A DNA stretch of 64,000 bases from Acidimicrobiales bacterium. Lineage in GTDB: Bacteria; Actinomycetota; Acidimicrobiia; Acidimicrobiales; JAUJNH01. The stretch is from the NCBI GenBank assembly GCA_038255915.1, contig JBBSKY010000005.1, forward strand, positions 4,333-68,332. Reading direction: 5' to 3'. The translations under genes were made by a program, and so were the position numbers. Below the pieces are notes generated by a model, which worked only from the letters and a program-made list of their open reading frames with translations, did no database searches and had not been told where the DNA came from. This document shows, piece by piece, positions 1-9,646 of this stretch (its first letter is position 1; each line of letters begins with the position of its first letter).

Positions 1-536
1 ATCTTGATGTCCTCGAAGCCCACGTCATCGAAGTAGGCCATCTCCCGCTGAGCCGACTCAACCATGGCTTCGGGGGTGGCGCCGCCGTACTTGTCGTAGA
101 GCGAGCTGTCGAGCGACCCGGCGTTGACCCCGATGCGGATCGGCACGTTGCGGTCCTTGGCCTCGGCCGCGATCAGCTTGATCTTGGCCGGGTTGGTGAT
201 GTTGCCCGGGTTCAGGCGCAGGCACTGGACCCCGGCATCGAGGGCGGCCAGGGCCATGTTGTGGTCGTTGTGGACGTCGGCCACGATCGGCACCGGGCTG
301 CGGGGCACGATCTGGGCGAGCCCGACCGCCGCCTCCTTGCGGTTGCAGGTGCAGCGCACGATGTCGGCGCCGGCGGCGGCCAGAGCGTAGATCTGCTGCA
401 GGGTGCCCTCGACATCGGCCGTCTTGGTGATCGTCATCGACTGCACGCTGATGGGTGCGTCGCCCCCGACGGCCACCGACCCCACCTGGATCTGCCGGGT
501 CTTGCGCCGCTCGTACCTGCTCCCGATCAGCTGCAC
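1..536 (-). CDS. ispG: 4-hydroxy-3-methylbut-2-en-1-yl diphosphate synthase IspG (runs off the window start)
   Basis: Manual minus-strand translation from GTG 536: MQLIGSRYERRKTRQIQVGSVAVGGDAPISVQSMT...ADIVRCTCN...IVADVHNDH...LRLNPGNI...IRIGVNAGSL. Lies downstream of dxr-rseP. Not in the ORF track because it lacks a stop in the window. Confidence 0.96.
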   Translation of the reverse strand, partial: MQLIGSRYERRKTRQIQVGSVAVGGDAPISVQSMTITKTADVEGTLQQIYALAAAGADIVRCTCNRKEAAVGLAQIVPRSPVPIVADVHNDHNMALAALDAGVQCLRLNPGNITNPAKIKLIAAEAKDRNVPIRIGVNAGSLDSSLYDKYGGATPEAMVESAQREMAYFDDVGFEDIK

Positions 537-580
537 CCCCCTATCCTCCCAGACGGAGCCGGATAGCCCTTCCCGAGAGT

Positions 581-1588
581 TCAGCTCGTAGGCGCCTCGC
601 CGCGCAGCAGGTTGGCGCCGCCCTGGTCGAACCACTCGGTGATCCGTAGGCAGGCGTCCAGGGCGAGATCGAGGGCCGGCGGGTCGGCGGGCACACCCTC
701 CTCAGGTAGGAACGCCTGCACCTCGTGGCGGAGGACGACGTTGCGCTTCTGCGAGGTGTCCGTGGTCACCGAGAACCCCGCGGGCGCCGGCCGGGTCGCC
801 AGCCGGGCCCCGAGGTTGGCCACTGTGCCGGCGAAGCCGTTCACCCCGACGTACAGGTCGACCGTCCCGTTCCTGGCCTTGAAGTAGAGGTCCCTCGGGT
901 GCCGGAACCAGAGCCACCCCTGATTCTCGGTGTGGAGGCTCAGCAGGGAAGCCTCGGCGGTGGAACCGTGCTCCTTCAGCCAGGCGACGCAGTGATCGCG
1001 GAAGGCGATGGTGAGCTTGTGGTCGAGGACGGTACCCAGCGCCCTCGGCTTGGCCAGCTCCTCGAGCATTGCCGCTCGCCAGGCGAGTCGGACGGCCTCG
1101 GCATCGGAGTGGGTGCGCAGCCAGTCCGCCAGGTCCTCCAGCGCGTGGGCGTGATGGAAGCGGCGGACGGCGTCCTTCTGGCGGTCCAGCCAACGCTGCG
1201 GCGCTATCAGCACGGCGGCGCCACCGAGCTCCGCAGCCCGAGCAAGGTAGCGCTCCGCCTGGGTCGGCTGCAGCGATGCCCCGACCTTGTTCTCAATGAG
1301 GAGGTGGACGGTCGCGCCTCCCGCCCAGCCAAGGGTGACGTAGAGGTCGGTTTCGCCATGGCTGAGGGGATCGTTGCCGTGCCACTTGTTCGGCTCCACC
1401 GCCACCCTCGGCAATCCCGGGGGCGGAGGACGGCCCATAGCGGCAAGGGCGGAACGACCGAGGTAATCAGCGAATCCAGGGTTCACTCCGAGCTCCTCAG
1501 CCAGGAGCAGGTCAAGATGAGCCTCGCGCCATCTGGCCGGGGTGATTTCGGCCTCCTCGGCTGGGGCCGGGGGGTCTCCGGGAATCAT
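581..1588 (-). CDS. PD-(D/E)XK nuclease-superfamily protein
   Basis: Motifs E..LDLLL, ETDL-x12-LLIENKV and Q..RY are typical of the restriction-endonuclease-like fold. TAGGGT -10 lies 5 nt upstream of the ATG. Confidence 0.7.
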   Translation of the reverse strand: MIPGDPPAPAEEAEITPARWREAHLDLLLAEELGVNPGFADYLGRSALAAMGRPPPPGLPRVAVEPNKWHGNDPLSHGETDLYVTLGWAGGATVHLLIENKVGASLQPTQAERYLARAAELGGAAVLIAPQRWLDRQKDAVRRFHHAHALEDLADWLRTHSDAEAVRLAWRAAMLEELAKPRALGTVLDHKLTIAFRDHCVAWLKEHGSTAEASLLSLHTENQGWLWFRHPRDLYFKARNGTVDLYVGVNGFAGTVANLGARLATRPAPAGFSVTTDTSQKRNVVLRHEVQAFLPEEGVPADPPALDLALDACLRITEWFDQGGANLLRGEAPTS

Positions 1589-1635
1589 GCGTCACCCTAG
1601 GCCCGTACCGCCCGATGGCCTCGCCCCCCTCAGCG

Positions 1636-1651
1636 GGACTAGACTTAGTCC
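1636..1651 (+). promoter_or_regulatory. TA operator palindrome overlapping the -10 box
   Basis: GGACTA-gact-TAGTCC inverted repeat containing TAGACT (1640-1645), 6 nt before GTG 1652. Confidence 0.65.
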
Positions 1652-1885
1652 GTGCTTGTGAACATCCATCAGGCCAAGACGCACCTGTCCCGGCTCGTCG
1701 AGCAGGCCGCCGCCGGCGAGGAGGTCATCATCGGCAAGGCCGGGCGGCCGATGGCCCGGCTCATCGCCTACGCACCCGAGCGGACACCCCGGGAGCCCGG
1801 TGCCCTGCGGGGGCGGATCCGCATCGCCGAGGACTTCGACGAGACGCCAGAGTGGCTGGTCGACGCCTTCGAGGGCGGGCGTTGA
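1652..1885 (+). CDS. Phd/YefM-family antitoxin
   Basis: VNIHQAKTHLSRLVEQAAAGEEVIIGKAGRPMARL is a classic Phd N-terminus; stop overlaps the toxin start (TTGA). Confidence 0.93.
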   Translation: MLVNIHQAKTHLSRLVEQAAAGEEVIIGKAGRPMARLIAYAPERTPREPGALRGRIRIAEDFDETPEWLVDAFEGGR

Positions 1886-2256
1886 CCCTCCTGCTCGACA
1901 CCCATGCCCTGCTGTGGTGGCTGGCCGGCGACCCCCTCGAACCGGCCGCCCGGGCCCGCATCGCCGACCCCGGGGAGCTGGTCCGGGTCAGCGCCGTCAG
2001 CCTCTGGGAGATCGCCATCAAGCGGGCGATCGGCAAGCTGGAGGTCGAGGGCTCGCTGGTCTCCCAGGTCCACGACGGCGGGTTCGAGCCCCTGCCCATC
2101 ACCTGGGACCACGGTGAGCGGGCCGGAGCCCTGCCGCTGCATCACCGAGATCCCTTCGACCGCATGCTGGTGGCGCAGGCCCAGGCCGAGTCGCTCACCC
2201 TGGTGACCCGCGACCCCGCCTTCGACGCCTATGAGGTCGAGTTGCTGCGCTGCTGA
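1882..2256 (+). CDS. vapC: VapC-family PIN toxin
   Basis: From TTG 1882: LLLDTHALLWW...SLWEIAIK...HHRDPFDRMLVAQA...LVTRD. Confidence 0.93.
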   Translation: MTLLLDTHALLWWLAGDPLEPAARARIADPGELVRVSAVSLWEIAIKRAIGKLEVEGSLVSQVHDGGFEPLPITWDHGERAGALPLHHRDPFDRMLVAQAQAESLTLVTRDPAFDAYEVELLRC

Positions 2257-2291
2257 GCGAAGGGGGCAGGCCGCGCTGCGAACGCGCCCGC

Positions 2292-3581
2292 TTACGACAG
2301 CTTGAGGGGGCTGGTGATGTCGAGGTAGAGGGACGACACGAAGATGAGGGCCAGGGCGGCCACGGTGACGTAGGCGATGGGCATCAGCTTGCCGGCGTCG
2401 GCGAAGTGGCGGCGGCCCTTGATGCGCGAGCGGATGGCCTCGTAGACGGCGATGGTGACGTGGCCGCCGTCGAAGGGGAGCAGGGGCAGCATGTTGAAGA
2501 TGCCGACGAAGACGTTGATGAGGGCGAGGAGCGCGAGCACCGGGCCGATGCCCTGCTCGGCGGCCGAGCCGGCGACGTTGTAGACGCCAACAGGCGACAG
2601 GAAGCGGTTGCCCTGGTCAGCGACGGGCACGTCCTTGCCCGAGACCTGGTCGGCGTAGCTCTGCACGCCCTGGAACGACAGCAGCTTGCCGAGCGCACCG
2701 ACGGTGCCCTTGACGATCTTGCCAAGGTCGTTGGCGCTGCGGCCCAGCGCCTGGACGGGGGAGACCGTAGGGTCCTCGGTGCGGGCGGTGATCCCGACGA
2801 AGCCGCGGGGCTCCTCCGGGCCGCCGGGGATGGCGGCGGTGGCCACCTCGATCGGGGTCAGGGTGGTGGTGGCCCGGCTGCCGTTGCGTTCGTAGTCGAC
2901 CTTGATCGGGGTGTTCGGGCGGTTGCGCACGTAGGACCGAAAGTCCTCGAAGCCGACGACCGGGCCGTCGTCGAGGGCGAGGATCTCGTCGCCCACCTGC
3001 AGGCCTGCGTCAGCGGCCGGGACGGGGCGGCCCTCGATGCCGGTGAGCTGATCGATGATCGGCAGCTGGCGGGAGTGCAGGCCGTTGCCGACGACGGCGT
3101 TGAGGGCGAACAGCAGGCAGAAGGCCAGGATCATGTGGACGGTGGAGCCGGCCACCGCCACGCCGAACCGGCTCCAGAACGGCTTCTGGCGGTAGGCCCG
3201 GGGCTCGTCCTCGGCCGAGACCTCCTCGAGGTTGGTCATCCCCAGGATCTTCACGTAGCCCCCGAGCGGGATGGCCTTCACGCCGTACTCGGTCTCGCCC
3301 CGGCGGAACGACCACAGCCGGGGCCCGAACCCGACGAAGAACTCGGTGGCCTTCATGCCGGCCCGGCGGGCCATTGCGAAGTGGCCCAGCTCGTGCAGCA
3401 TCACCATGACGAACAGGGCCACGATGACGAGCAGGGGCTTCCAGAAGCCGGCCAGCACCGACACCACGGCCAGGGTGGCGACCGACGCGACGAGCCGGGC
3501 CACCGACGCCAGGTCGCCCTTGGCCTGGGGCGGGCCGGCCGGTGGGGTGGTGGGGGCGGGGGGTGTGTCCACGGCGGTCAT
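2292..3581 (-). CDS. rseP: RIP/M50 membrane zinc metalloprotease with PDZ domain
   Basis: HELGH, FFVGFGP, AIPLGGYV and NMLPLLPFDGGH motifs; follows dxr. Confidence 0.93.
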   Translation of the reverse strand: MTAVDTPPAPTTPPAGPPQAKGDLASVARLVASVATLAVVSVLAGFWKPLLVIVALFVMVMLHELGHFAMARRAGMKATEFFVGFGPRLWSFRRGETEYGVKAIPLGGYVKILGMTNLEEVSAEDEPRAYRQKPFWSRFGVAVAGSTVHMILAFCLLFALNAVVGNGLHSRQLPIIDQLTGIEGRPVPAADAGLQVGDEILALDDGPVVGFEDFRSYVRNRPNTPIKVDYERNGSRATTTLTPIEVATAAIPGGPEEPRGFVGITARTEDPTVSPVQALGRSANDLGKIVKGTVGALGKLLSFQGVQSYADQVSGKDVPVADQGNRFLSPVGVYNVAGSAAEQGIGPVLALLALINVFVGIFNMLPLLPFDGGHVTIAVYEAIRSRIKGRRHFADAGKLMPIAYVTVAALALIFVSSLYLDITSPLKLS

Positions 3582-4747
3582 CGCTCGAACTCCAGGATCA
3601 CGCGGGCGGCGACGGTACGCGCCTCACGGTCAGCCTCCAAGACAACGTCGAGCGACCCCGGGTTCGTTCCCATCGTGCGCTCGAGGGTGGCCTCGACAAC
3701 GCTCGGAATGTCGACCCACCGGATGCGGCCGGCGAGGAACGCCTCAACGGCCACCTCGTTGGCTCCGCTCAGCTGGGCGGGGCGGGTGCCGCCCTCGCGC
3801 CCGGCGGCGTAGGCCAGGGCCAGGCAGCGGAAGGCGCCGAGGTCGGGGGGCTCGAAGTCGAGGCGGCGCAGCGACGCCCAGTCGATGGCCCCGAAGGGCA
3901 CGCCGAGGCGCTCGGGGTAGGCCAGGGCGTAGCCGATGGGCAGGCGCATGTCGGGCATCGACAGCTGAGCCAACGTGGCCCCGTCGCTGAAGGTGACCAT
4001 CGAGTGGACCACCGACTGGGGGTGCACCACCACCTCGACCTGGTCGTAGCCCACCCCCGAGCCGGGGCCGAAGAGCTCGACGGCCTCGATCACCTCGAGG
4101 CCTTTGTTCATGAGCGTGGAGGAGTCGACGGTGATCTTGGGGCCCATCGACCAGGTGGGGTGGGCCAGGGCCTGGTCGATCGTGATCTGTTCGAGCTCGG
4201 CCAGCGACCGGCCTCGGAACGGCCCCCCGCTGGCCGTGAGCACCACCGTCGCCACATCGCGGCCATCGGCCGCCCCGCTGCGCAGGCACTGGTGCACGGC
4301 GCAGTGCTCGGAGTCGACGGGCACGATCTCGGCCCCCGGCGTGCGCCGGGCCCGCTGAACGATCGGCCCGGCGGCGATCAGGCTCTCCTTGTTGGCCAGG
4401 GCCAACCGGCGACCGGCCTCGAGGGTGGCCAGGGTGACGGGCAGGCCGGCGAAGCCCACCACCCCGTTGACCACCACCTCGGCCTCGGTGGCCAGCGACG
4501 CCAGGGCCCGAGGGCCGCTGCGCACCTCGGTGCCCGCCGGCACGGCCGCCTTCAGGTCGGCCTCGAGCGACGTCTCGGCGATGGCCACCACCGCCGGCCG
4601 CAGCTCGACGGCCAGGGCGGCCAGGGCGGCGACGGACCGGTTGGCCCCGAGGGCGGTGATCCGGTAGCGGTCGGCCTCGGCCCGCACCACCTCAACGGTC
4701 TGGCTGCCGATCGACCCGGTGGCCCCCACCACCGCGACGGTGCGCAC
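3578..4747 (-). CDS. dxr: 1-deoxy-D-xylulose-5-phosphate reductoisomerase
   Basis: GATGSIG, LALANKESL, PVDSEH, TASGGPF, HPTWSMGPKITVDS, MNKGLEVIEA. Start GTG 4747, or CTG 4756 overlapping the cdsA stop. Confidence 0.97.
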   Translation of the reverse strand: MRTVAVVGATGSIGSQTVEVVRAEADRYRITALGANRSVAALAALAVELRPAVVAIAETSLEADLKAAVPAGTEVRSGPRALASLATEAEVVVNGVVGFAGLPVTLATLEAGRRLALANKESLIAAGPIVQRARRTPGAEIVPVDSEHCAVHQCLRSGAADGRDVATVVLTASGGPFRGRSLAELEQITIDQALAHPTWSMGPKITVDSSTLMNKGLEVIEAVELFGPGSGVGYDQVEVVVHPQSVVHSMVTFSDGATLAQLSMPDMRLPIGYALAYPERLGVPFGAIDWASLRRLDFEPPDLGAFRCLALAYAAGREGGTRPAQLSGANEVAVEAFLAGRIRWVDIPSVVEATLERTMGTNPGSLDVVLEADREARTVAARVILEFER

Positions 4748-4752
4748 GGCGC

Positions 4753-6201
4753 TCAGAGGAGGATCGACAGGGCGAGGAAGTAGACCGCCGGCAGGGCGAA
4801 CAGCAACGAGTCGAAACGGTCGAGGAAGCCTCCGTGGCCGGGCAGGGCGGAGCCCATGTCCTTGACCCCGAGGTCGCGCTTGATGAGGGACTGGGAGAGG
4901 TCGCCGATCGGCGCCGCCACCCCGACGACCAGGCCGAGCAGCAGCCCGTTGGCGAAGCCGCCCCACACCTCGGACGTCACGCCCACGCCGATGCCAACGA
5001 CCACGCACAGGACGAAGCCGCCGAGGGTGCCCTCGACCGTCTTGTTGGGGCTCACGTCGGGGGCGATCTGGGACCGACCCGCAAACGATCCCACGGCGAG
5101 GCCACCGATGTCGCTGGCCACCGCGCAGAGGATGGCGCCGAGGAGAAACATGCGCCCGTCCCCCGGCAGCCGGCCGCTGACCAGCATCAGCGAGGCGAAG
5201 GAGCCGAGCACGCCGACCCAGACGATGCCGAGCATGGTGGTGGCCACCCCGAGCAGGGCCCGGGCGTGGATGACCTTCAGCAGGTACCAGAGCATGCTGG
5301 CCACAAAGGACAGGAACAGCACCAGGGTGATGGCGGGCGCCCCCCGGGCGTAGGCCCCCCACATCAGCGCGAAGCAGCTGGTGAGCCCGAGCAAGGTGGC
5401 GGGTCGAAGGCCGGACCGCTGGAACACACCGAACAGTTCGTAGGCGCAGACCATGACCACACCGGTGGCGAGCAGCCACGGGCCCAGCCTCCCGCCGACG
5501 GCGAACAGGAAGATGGCCAGCACGGCGAAGCCGCCGCCGACGAGGGCGGCCATCTGGAGGTTCCGGCCCGGGGCCCCGGGGGCGGCGACGCCCTCCTCGG
5601 CCCGGGCCCGGGTGCGGATGGGGGCTACGACCGACGCCGCTTCCGCGGGCTCGGCGGGCAGCGGGACGGCCTCGGTCGGCGGGCGCAGCGGCTCGGGACC
5701 GGCGGCCGACCCGGCTGGCAGCTGCACGACGGCCTGCGGCTGGCTCGGAAGGTCCTCCTCGAAGGAGTACAGGTCGGGCCGCTCGTCCCGGGTCTCGTCG
5801 AGGGCGCCGATGCGCTCCTCGCCGAGCAGGCCGTCGTCGAAGTCACCCTCGGCCCAGTCGTCCTGGCCGCCCCGCCACCGGGGCTGGCTGCCGGTCCGTG
5901 TGCTCCAGTCGTCGTCGGCACCGACGATGACCCGGGGCACGTTGCCCGTCGGCGCCTCGGTCCAGTCCTGCATCGGGACGGGTCCGGACGGCAGGCCGAC
6001 GTCGATGCTGTCGCTACCCACCAGGCTGGTCACGCCACCGGTGGTGGGGGCCCACGGGTCGTCGTCGAGGTCGTCGAGGTCCTCGCCCGCCGCCGCCGCC
6101 CACACCGACGGAGGGGCTCCCGGCTCGCCCGGGCCGCTCACGCGACCGACACCGCCCGGGAGCACGCGCACGCCCTCGTCGTCGAACTCGTCATCTGCCA
6201 T
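4753..6201 (-). CDS. cdsA: Phosphatidate cytidylyltransferase with long acidic N-terminal extension
   Basis: SPNKTVEG and GDLSQSLIKRDLGVKDMGSALPGHGGFLDRFDS signature; position between frr and dxr. Confidence 0.95.
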   Translation of the reverse strand: MADDEFDDEGVRVLPGGVGRVSGPGEPGAPPSVWAAAAGEDLDDLDDDPWAPTTGGVTSLVGSDSIDVGLPSGPVPMQDWTEAPTGNVPRVIVGADDDWSTRTGSQPRWRGGQDDWAEGDFDDGLLGEERIGALDETRDERPDLYSFEEDLPSQPQAVVQLPAGSAAGPEPLRPPTEAVPLPAEPAEAASVVAPIRTRARAEEGVAAPGAPGRNLQMAALVGGGFAVLAIFLFAVGGRLGPWLLATGVVMVCAYELFGVFQRSGLRPATLLGLTSCFALMWGAYARGAPAITLVLFLSFVASMLWYLLKVIHARALLGVATTMLGIVWVGVLGSFASLMLVSGRLPGDGRMFLLGAILCAVASDIGGLAVGSFAGRSQIAPDVSPNKTVEGTLGGFVLCVVVGIGVGVTSEVWGGFANGLLLGLVVGVAAPIGDLSQSLIKRDLGVKDMGSALPGHGGFLDRFDSLLFALPAVYFLALSILL

Positions 6202-6276
6202 GCGCGCGCCTCCTCGAGTGGCCCAGCCACCCAGCCTTGCAGGTCTTCTCCGACCGGGGGTGCATCGTCAGCTCGA

Positions 6277-6852
6277 TCACACCTGCAGCAGGTCGGCTTC
6301 CTTGTGGCGCAGCATCTCATCGATCCTCCCCACATGGTCCGACGTCAGCTTGTCGAGGTCGCGCTCGGCTCGCTCGACCTCGTCGGTGCCGACCTCCCCG
6401 TCCTTCTCGAAGGCGTCGAGCTCATGGCGGGCCTGGCGCCGCAGGTTGCGCACCGCGATCCGGCCGTCCTCGGCTTTGTGCTTGGCCTGCTTGGCCAGGT
6501 CGCGGCGCCGCTCCTCGGTGAGGGCGGGGATGGCCAGGCGGATCACCGTCCCGTCGTTCTGGGGGTTGATGCCGAGGTCCGACTCCTGGATGGCCTTCTC
6601 GATCGCCTTCATCGAGGTCTTGTCGTACGGGCTGATCACGAGCAGCCGGGGCTCGGGAGCCGCGATGCCGGCGATCTGCTGCAGCGGGGTGCTGGCCCCG
6701 TAGTAGTCGACCCGCAGCTTGTCGACCAGGGCCGGGGTGGCCCGCCCCGTGCGGATGGTGGCCAGCTCGAGGGAGGTGTGCTCGGCCGCCTTCACCATCT
6801 TCTCCCGGCTGTCGTCAAGGACCATGCCGACGACATCGGAGTCTGCGCTCAT
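6277..6852 (-). CDS. frr: Ribosome recycling factor
   Basis: IRTGRATPALVD, DLGINPQNDG, LTEERRRDL; ATG 6852 overlaps the pyrH stop. Confidence 0.97.
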   Translation of the reverse strand: MSADSDVVGMVLDDSREKMVKAAEHTSLELATIRTGRATPALVDKLRVDYYGASTPLQQIAGIAAPEPRLLVISPYDKTSMKAIEKAIQESDLGINPQNDGTVIRLAIPALTEERRRDLAKQAKHKAEDGRIAVRNLRRQARHELDAFEKDGEVGTDEVERAERDLDKLTSDHVGRIDEMLRHKEADLLQV

Positions 6853-7616
6853 CGGGTGACGAGCGTACCCACCGGCTCCCCCGCCATGGCGCGCACGATG
6901 TTGCCCTCCCGCATCACGTCGAAGACGAACACCGGGATCCCGTTCTCCCGGCAGATGGTGAAGGCCGTGAGGTCCATCACCCGAAGGTCCTGCTGCAGGG
7001 CCTCGTCGAAGGTGAGGCTCTCCAGCCTGGTCGCCCTCGGGTCCCTGCGGGGATCGGCGGTGTAGACCCCGTCGACCGCCGTGCCCTTCAGCACCGCACC
7101 CGCCCCGACCTCGGCAGCCCGCAGGGCGGCTGGGGTGTCGGTGGTGAAGAAGGGGCTGCCCAGACCGGCGGCGAACACCACGACCCGACCCTTCTCGAGG
7201 TGGCGGATGGCCCGGCGCCGGATGTAGGGCTCGCACACCGCAGCCATGTCGATGGCCGACTGGACCCGGGTGGGCTGGCCGTGGCGCTCGAGGGCGTCCT
7301 GGAGGGCCAGGGCGTTGATGACCGTGCCCAGCATGCCCATGTGGTCGCTGCTGGCCCGGTCCATGCCCTCGGCCTCGCCGGTGGCCCCCCGCCAGATGTT
7401 GCCGCCGCCGATCACCACGCCGATCTCGACACCCAGCTGCGACCGGGCGGCGGCAATCTCCGCCGCGATGCGGTCGACGGTCGAGTTGTCGATGGTCTCG
7501 TCGGAGGCGGCGCTGGCCAGCGCCTCCCCCGACATCTTGAGGATCACCCGGGGCCAGCGGGGGCCGTGCATCCCCCGCTCTGCCGGGCCGCTCGGGCCCA
7601 GCGGATCCATGGGCAT
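6849..7616 (-). CDS. pyrH: UMP kinase
   Basis: RVILKMSGEAL, IGGGNIWRG, DHMGMLGT, FFTTDT, VDGVYTADP. Exact start uncertain. Confidence 0.96.
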   Translation of the reverse strand: MPMDPLGPSGPAERGMHGPRWPRVILKMSGEALASAASDETIDNSTVDRIAAEIAAARSQLGVEIGVVIGGGNIWRGATGEAEGMDRASSDHMGMLGTVINALALQDALERHGQPTRVQSAIDMAAVCEPYIRRRAIRHLEKGRVVVFAAGLGSPFFTTDTPAALRAAEVGAGAVLKGTAVDGVYTADPRRDPRATRLESLTFDEALQQDLRVMDLTAFTICRENGIPVFVFDVMREGNIVRAMAGEPVGTLVTR

Positions 7617-7620
7617 CGAG

Positions 7621-8421
7621 CTACTTGGCGCCGATGACGACCTGGGCGTAGGCGGCCAGCGTGGCGCCTCCGAGCAGCTGGCGAATCGACTGCTTCTCGT
7701 CCTTCACATACGGCTGGTCGAGCAGGGCGACGTCTTTGTAGAAGCCGTTGAGGCGGCCCTCGACGATCTTGGGCAGGGCGGCATCGGGCTTGCCCTCGTT
7801 CCGGGCGATCGTGGTGAAGGTGGCCCGCTCGGCGTCGACCACCTCGGCGGGGATCTCGTCGCGAGACAGGTAGCGGGGCTTGGCGAAGGCGGCGTGGACG
7901 GCGATGTCGTGGGCCAGCTCGACGGAGCCGCCCTCGACCACCACGACCACGCCGTTCTTCACCCGACCGTCCTGGACGTGCTGGTAGAGGTCGATCGACG
8001 CGCCCGCCCCCGGCTCGACCCGCCGGACGGCACCGATGTCGATGTTCTCCTTCAGCGTGATCTTCAGGGTGTCGAGCTCGTCCGACTTCTGACTTATGGC
8101 GTCCTCGCCGCCCTCGGCCACCAGGGTGGCCAGCTCATGCGCCATGTTCACGAAGTCGGGGTTCTTGGCCACGAAGTCGGTCTCGCACTTGAGCTCGACC
8201 AGTGCGGCGATCCCCTTGTCGCGATCGAGGAACGTGCCGACGGCACCCTCGGTGTTCTCCCGGTCGCTGCGGGAGCCGACCTTGCCGAGGCCCTTCTCGC
8301 GCAGCAGCTGGGCGGCGGCAGCGTGGTCGCCGTCGACCTCCTGCAGCGCGTTCTTGGCGTCCATCATCCCGGCGCCGGTGGCATCCCGGAGCCGCTTCAC
8401 ATCGGCAGCGCTGACGGCCAT
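7621..8421 (-). CDS. tsf: Elongation factor Ts
   Basis: MAVSAADVKRLRDATGAGMMDAKNAL, ELKCETDFVAKN. Confidence 0.97.
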   Translation of the reverse strand: MAVSAADVKRLRDATGAGMMDAKNALQEVDGDHAAAAQLLREKGLGKVGSRSDRENTEGAVGTFLDRDKGIAALVELKCETDFVAKNPDFVNMAHELATLVAEGGEDAISQKSDELDTLKITLKENIDIGAVRRVEPGAGASIDLYQHVQDGRVKNGVVVVVEGGSVELAHDIAVHAAFAKPRYLSRDEIPAEVVDAERATFTTIARNEGKPDAALPKIVEGRLNGFYKDVALLDQPYVKDEKQSIRQLLGGATLAAYAQVVIGAK

Positions 8422-8477
8422 GGCTACGTGCTCCTCGTTCTGCTTGGTTCGTATCGGTTTGGGTGCGGTTACGTGGC

Positions 8478-9488
8478 TCAGGCGTCGGCGGGCGCCGCAG
8501 GGGCGGCCTCGTCGGCCTCGGGCTCGCCGGCGGCGACGTCGGCCGGGGTCGGGTCGACCGGGGCGGCGTCGGTGGTGCCCTCGGCGGGCCCATCCTGGGC
8601 GGCGACGTCCTCGGTGGCCCCGCCCTCGGCGGGGGCGTCCTCGCCGCTGAGCGAGGCGGAGGCAGCGGTGAGGCGGGCCTCGCGGTCGGCCTGCTCGGCG
8701 GCGGCCTGGAGGCGGGCCTCGGCCTGCTCGGTGGCGATGCGGGCCTCGTCCTCGGCGGAGCGGGCGGCAGCGGCGGCCGCGGCGGCGTGCGCCCCCTTCT
8801 TGGCGGCGATGTAGCGGCCCTCGTCGACGGCGTCGGCGATCACCCGGCACAGCAGGTTCCCGGCCCGGATGGCGTCGTCGTTGCCCGGGATCACGTACTG
8901 GATCAGGTCGGGGTCGCAGTTGGTGTCGACCACCGCCACGATCGGGATGTTGAGCTTGTTCGCCTCGGTGACGGCGATGTGCTCCTTCTTGGTGTCGATG
9001 ATGAACACCGCGTCGGGCTGGCGGCTCATGCCCTTGATGCCCCCGAGGTTGCGCTGCAGCTTCTCGAGCTCACGCGACTTCATGAGGGCCTCCTTCTTTG
9101 GCATCGCCTCGAAGTCGCCCGCCTGCTGCATGCGGTCGAGCTCGCGCAGCTTCTGGACCCGGGTGAGGATCGTGGTGTAGTTCGTCAGCATCCCGCCGAG
9201 CCAGCGCTCGTTGATGTAGGGCATGCCACAGGCCATGGCCGAGGTGGCGACCGGGTCCTGGGTCTGCTTCTTGGTCCCGATGAACAGGACCGTGCCCCCG
9301 CCGGCCACGAGGTCGCGCACGAACTCATAGGCGGTGGCGGTGCGCTCGAGCGTCTGCTTCAGGTCGATGATGTAGATCCCGTTGCGCTCCCCGAAGATGA
9401 ATCGCTTCATCTTCGGGTTCCAGCGACGGGTCTGGTGCCCGAAGTGGACCCCTGCCTCGAGCAGCTGCTTCATCGTGACGACGGCCAT
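8478..9488 (-). CDS. rpsB: 30S ribosomal protein S2
   Basis: [42 protein letters not shown]; Ala/Glu-rich tail. Confidence 0.98.
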   Translation of the reverse strand: MAVVTMKQLLEAGVHFGHQTRRWNPKMKRFIFGERNGIYIIDLKQTLERTATAYEFVRDLVAGGGTVLFIGTKKQTQDPVATSAMACGMPYINERWLGGMLTNYTTILTRVQKLRELDRMQQAGDFEAMPKKEALMKSRELEKLQRNLGGIKGMSRQPDAVFIIDTKKEHIAVTEANKLNIPIVAVVDTNCDPDLIQYVIPGNDDAIRAGNLLCRVIADAVDEGRYIAAKKGAHAAAAAAAARSAEDEARIATEQAEARLQAAAEQADREARLTAASASLSGEDAPAEGGATEDVAAQDGPAEGTTDAAPVDPTPADVAAGEPEADEAAPAAPADA

Positions 9489-9631
9489 GGTTGAGCTCGT
9501 TTCTCCCTCGGTTGACTTCACCGCCGGCGGGGCACGCCCGAAAGGCGCGACCGTGGGGTGCCGGTGGCTGCTGGATGTGGACGGAACGAAGTGTGACGAC
9601 AGCGGCGAGCCGACAGGCGGCTGGCCAACCG
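9489..9631 (-). promoter_or_regulatory. Structured rpsB 5' leader (candidate ribosomal-protein leader)
   Basis: TAGCCT -10 at 9642-9637. Leader ends pair (CGGUUGGC/GUCAACCG) and there is an internal CGCCU-UUC-GGGCG hairpin at 9535-9547. Confidence 0.5.
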
Positions 9632-9646
9632 GGGAGAGGCTACCCG

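Noticed and set aside
8478-8800. Ala/Glu-rich tail of S2
   Set aside because: Common in actinobacterial RpsB; not unusual.
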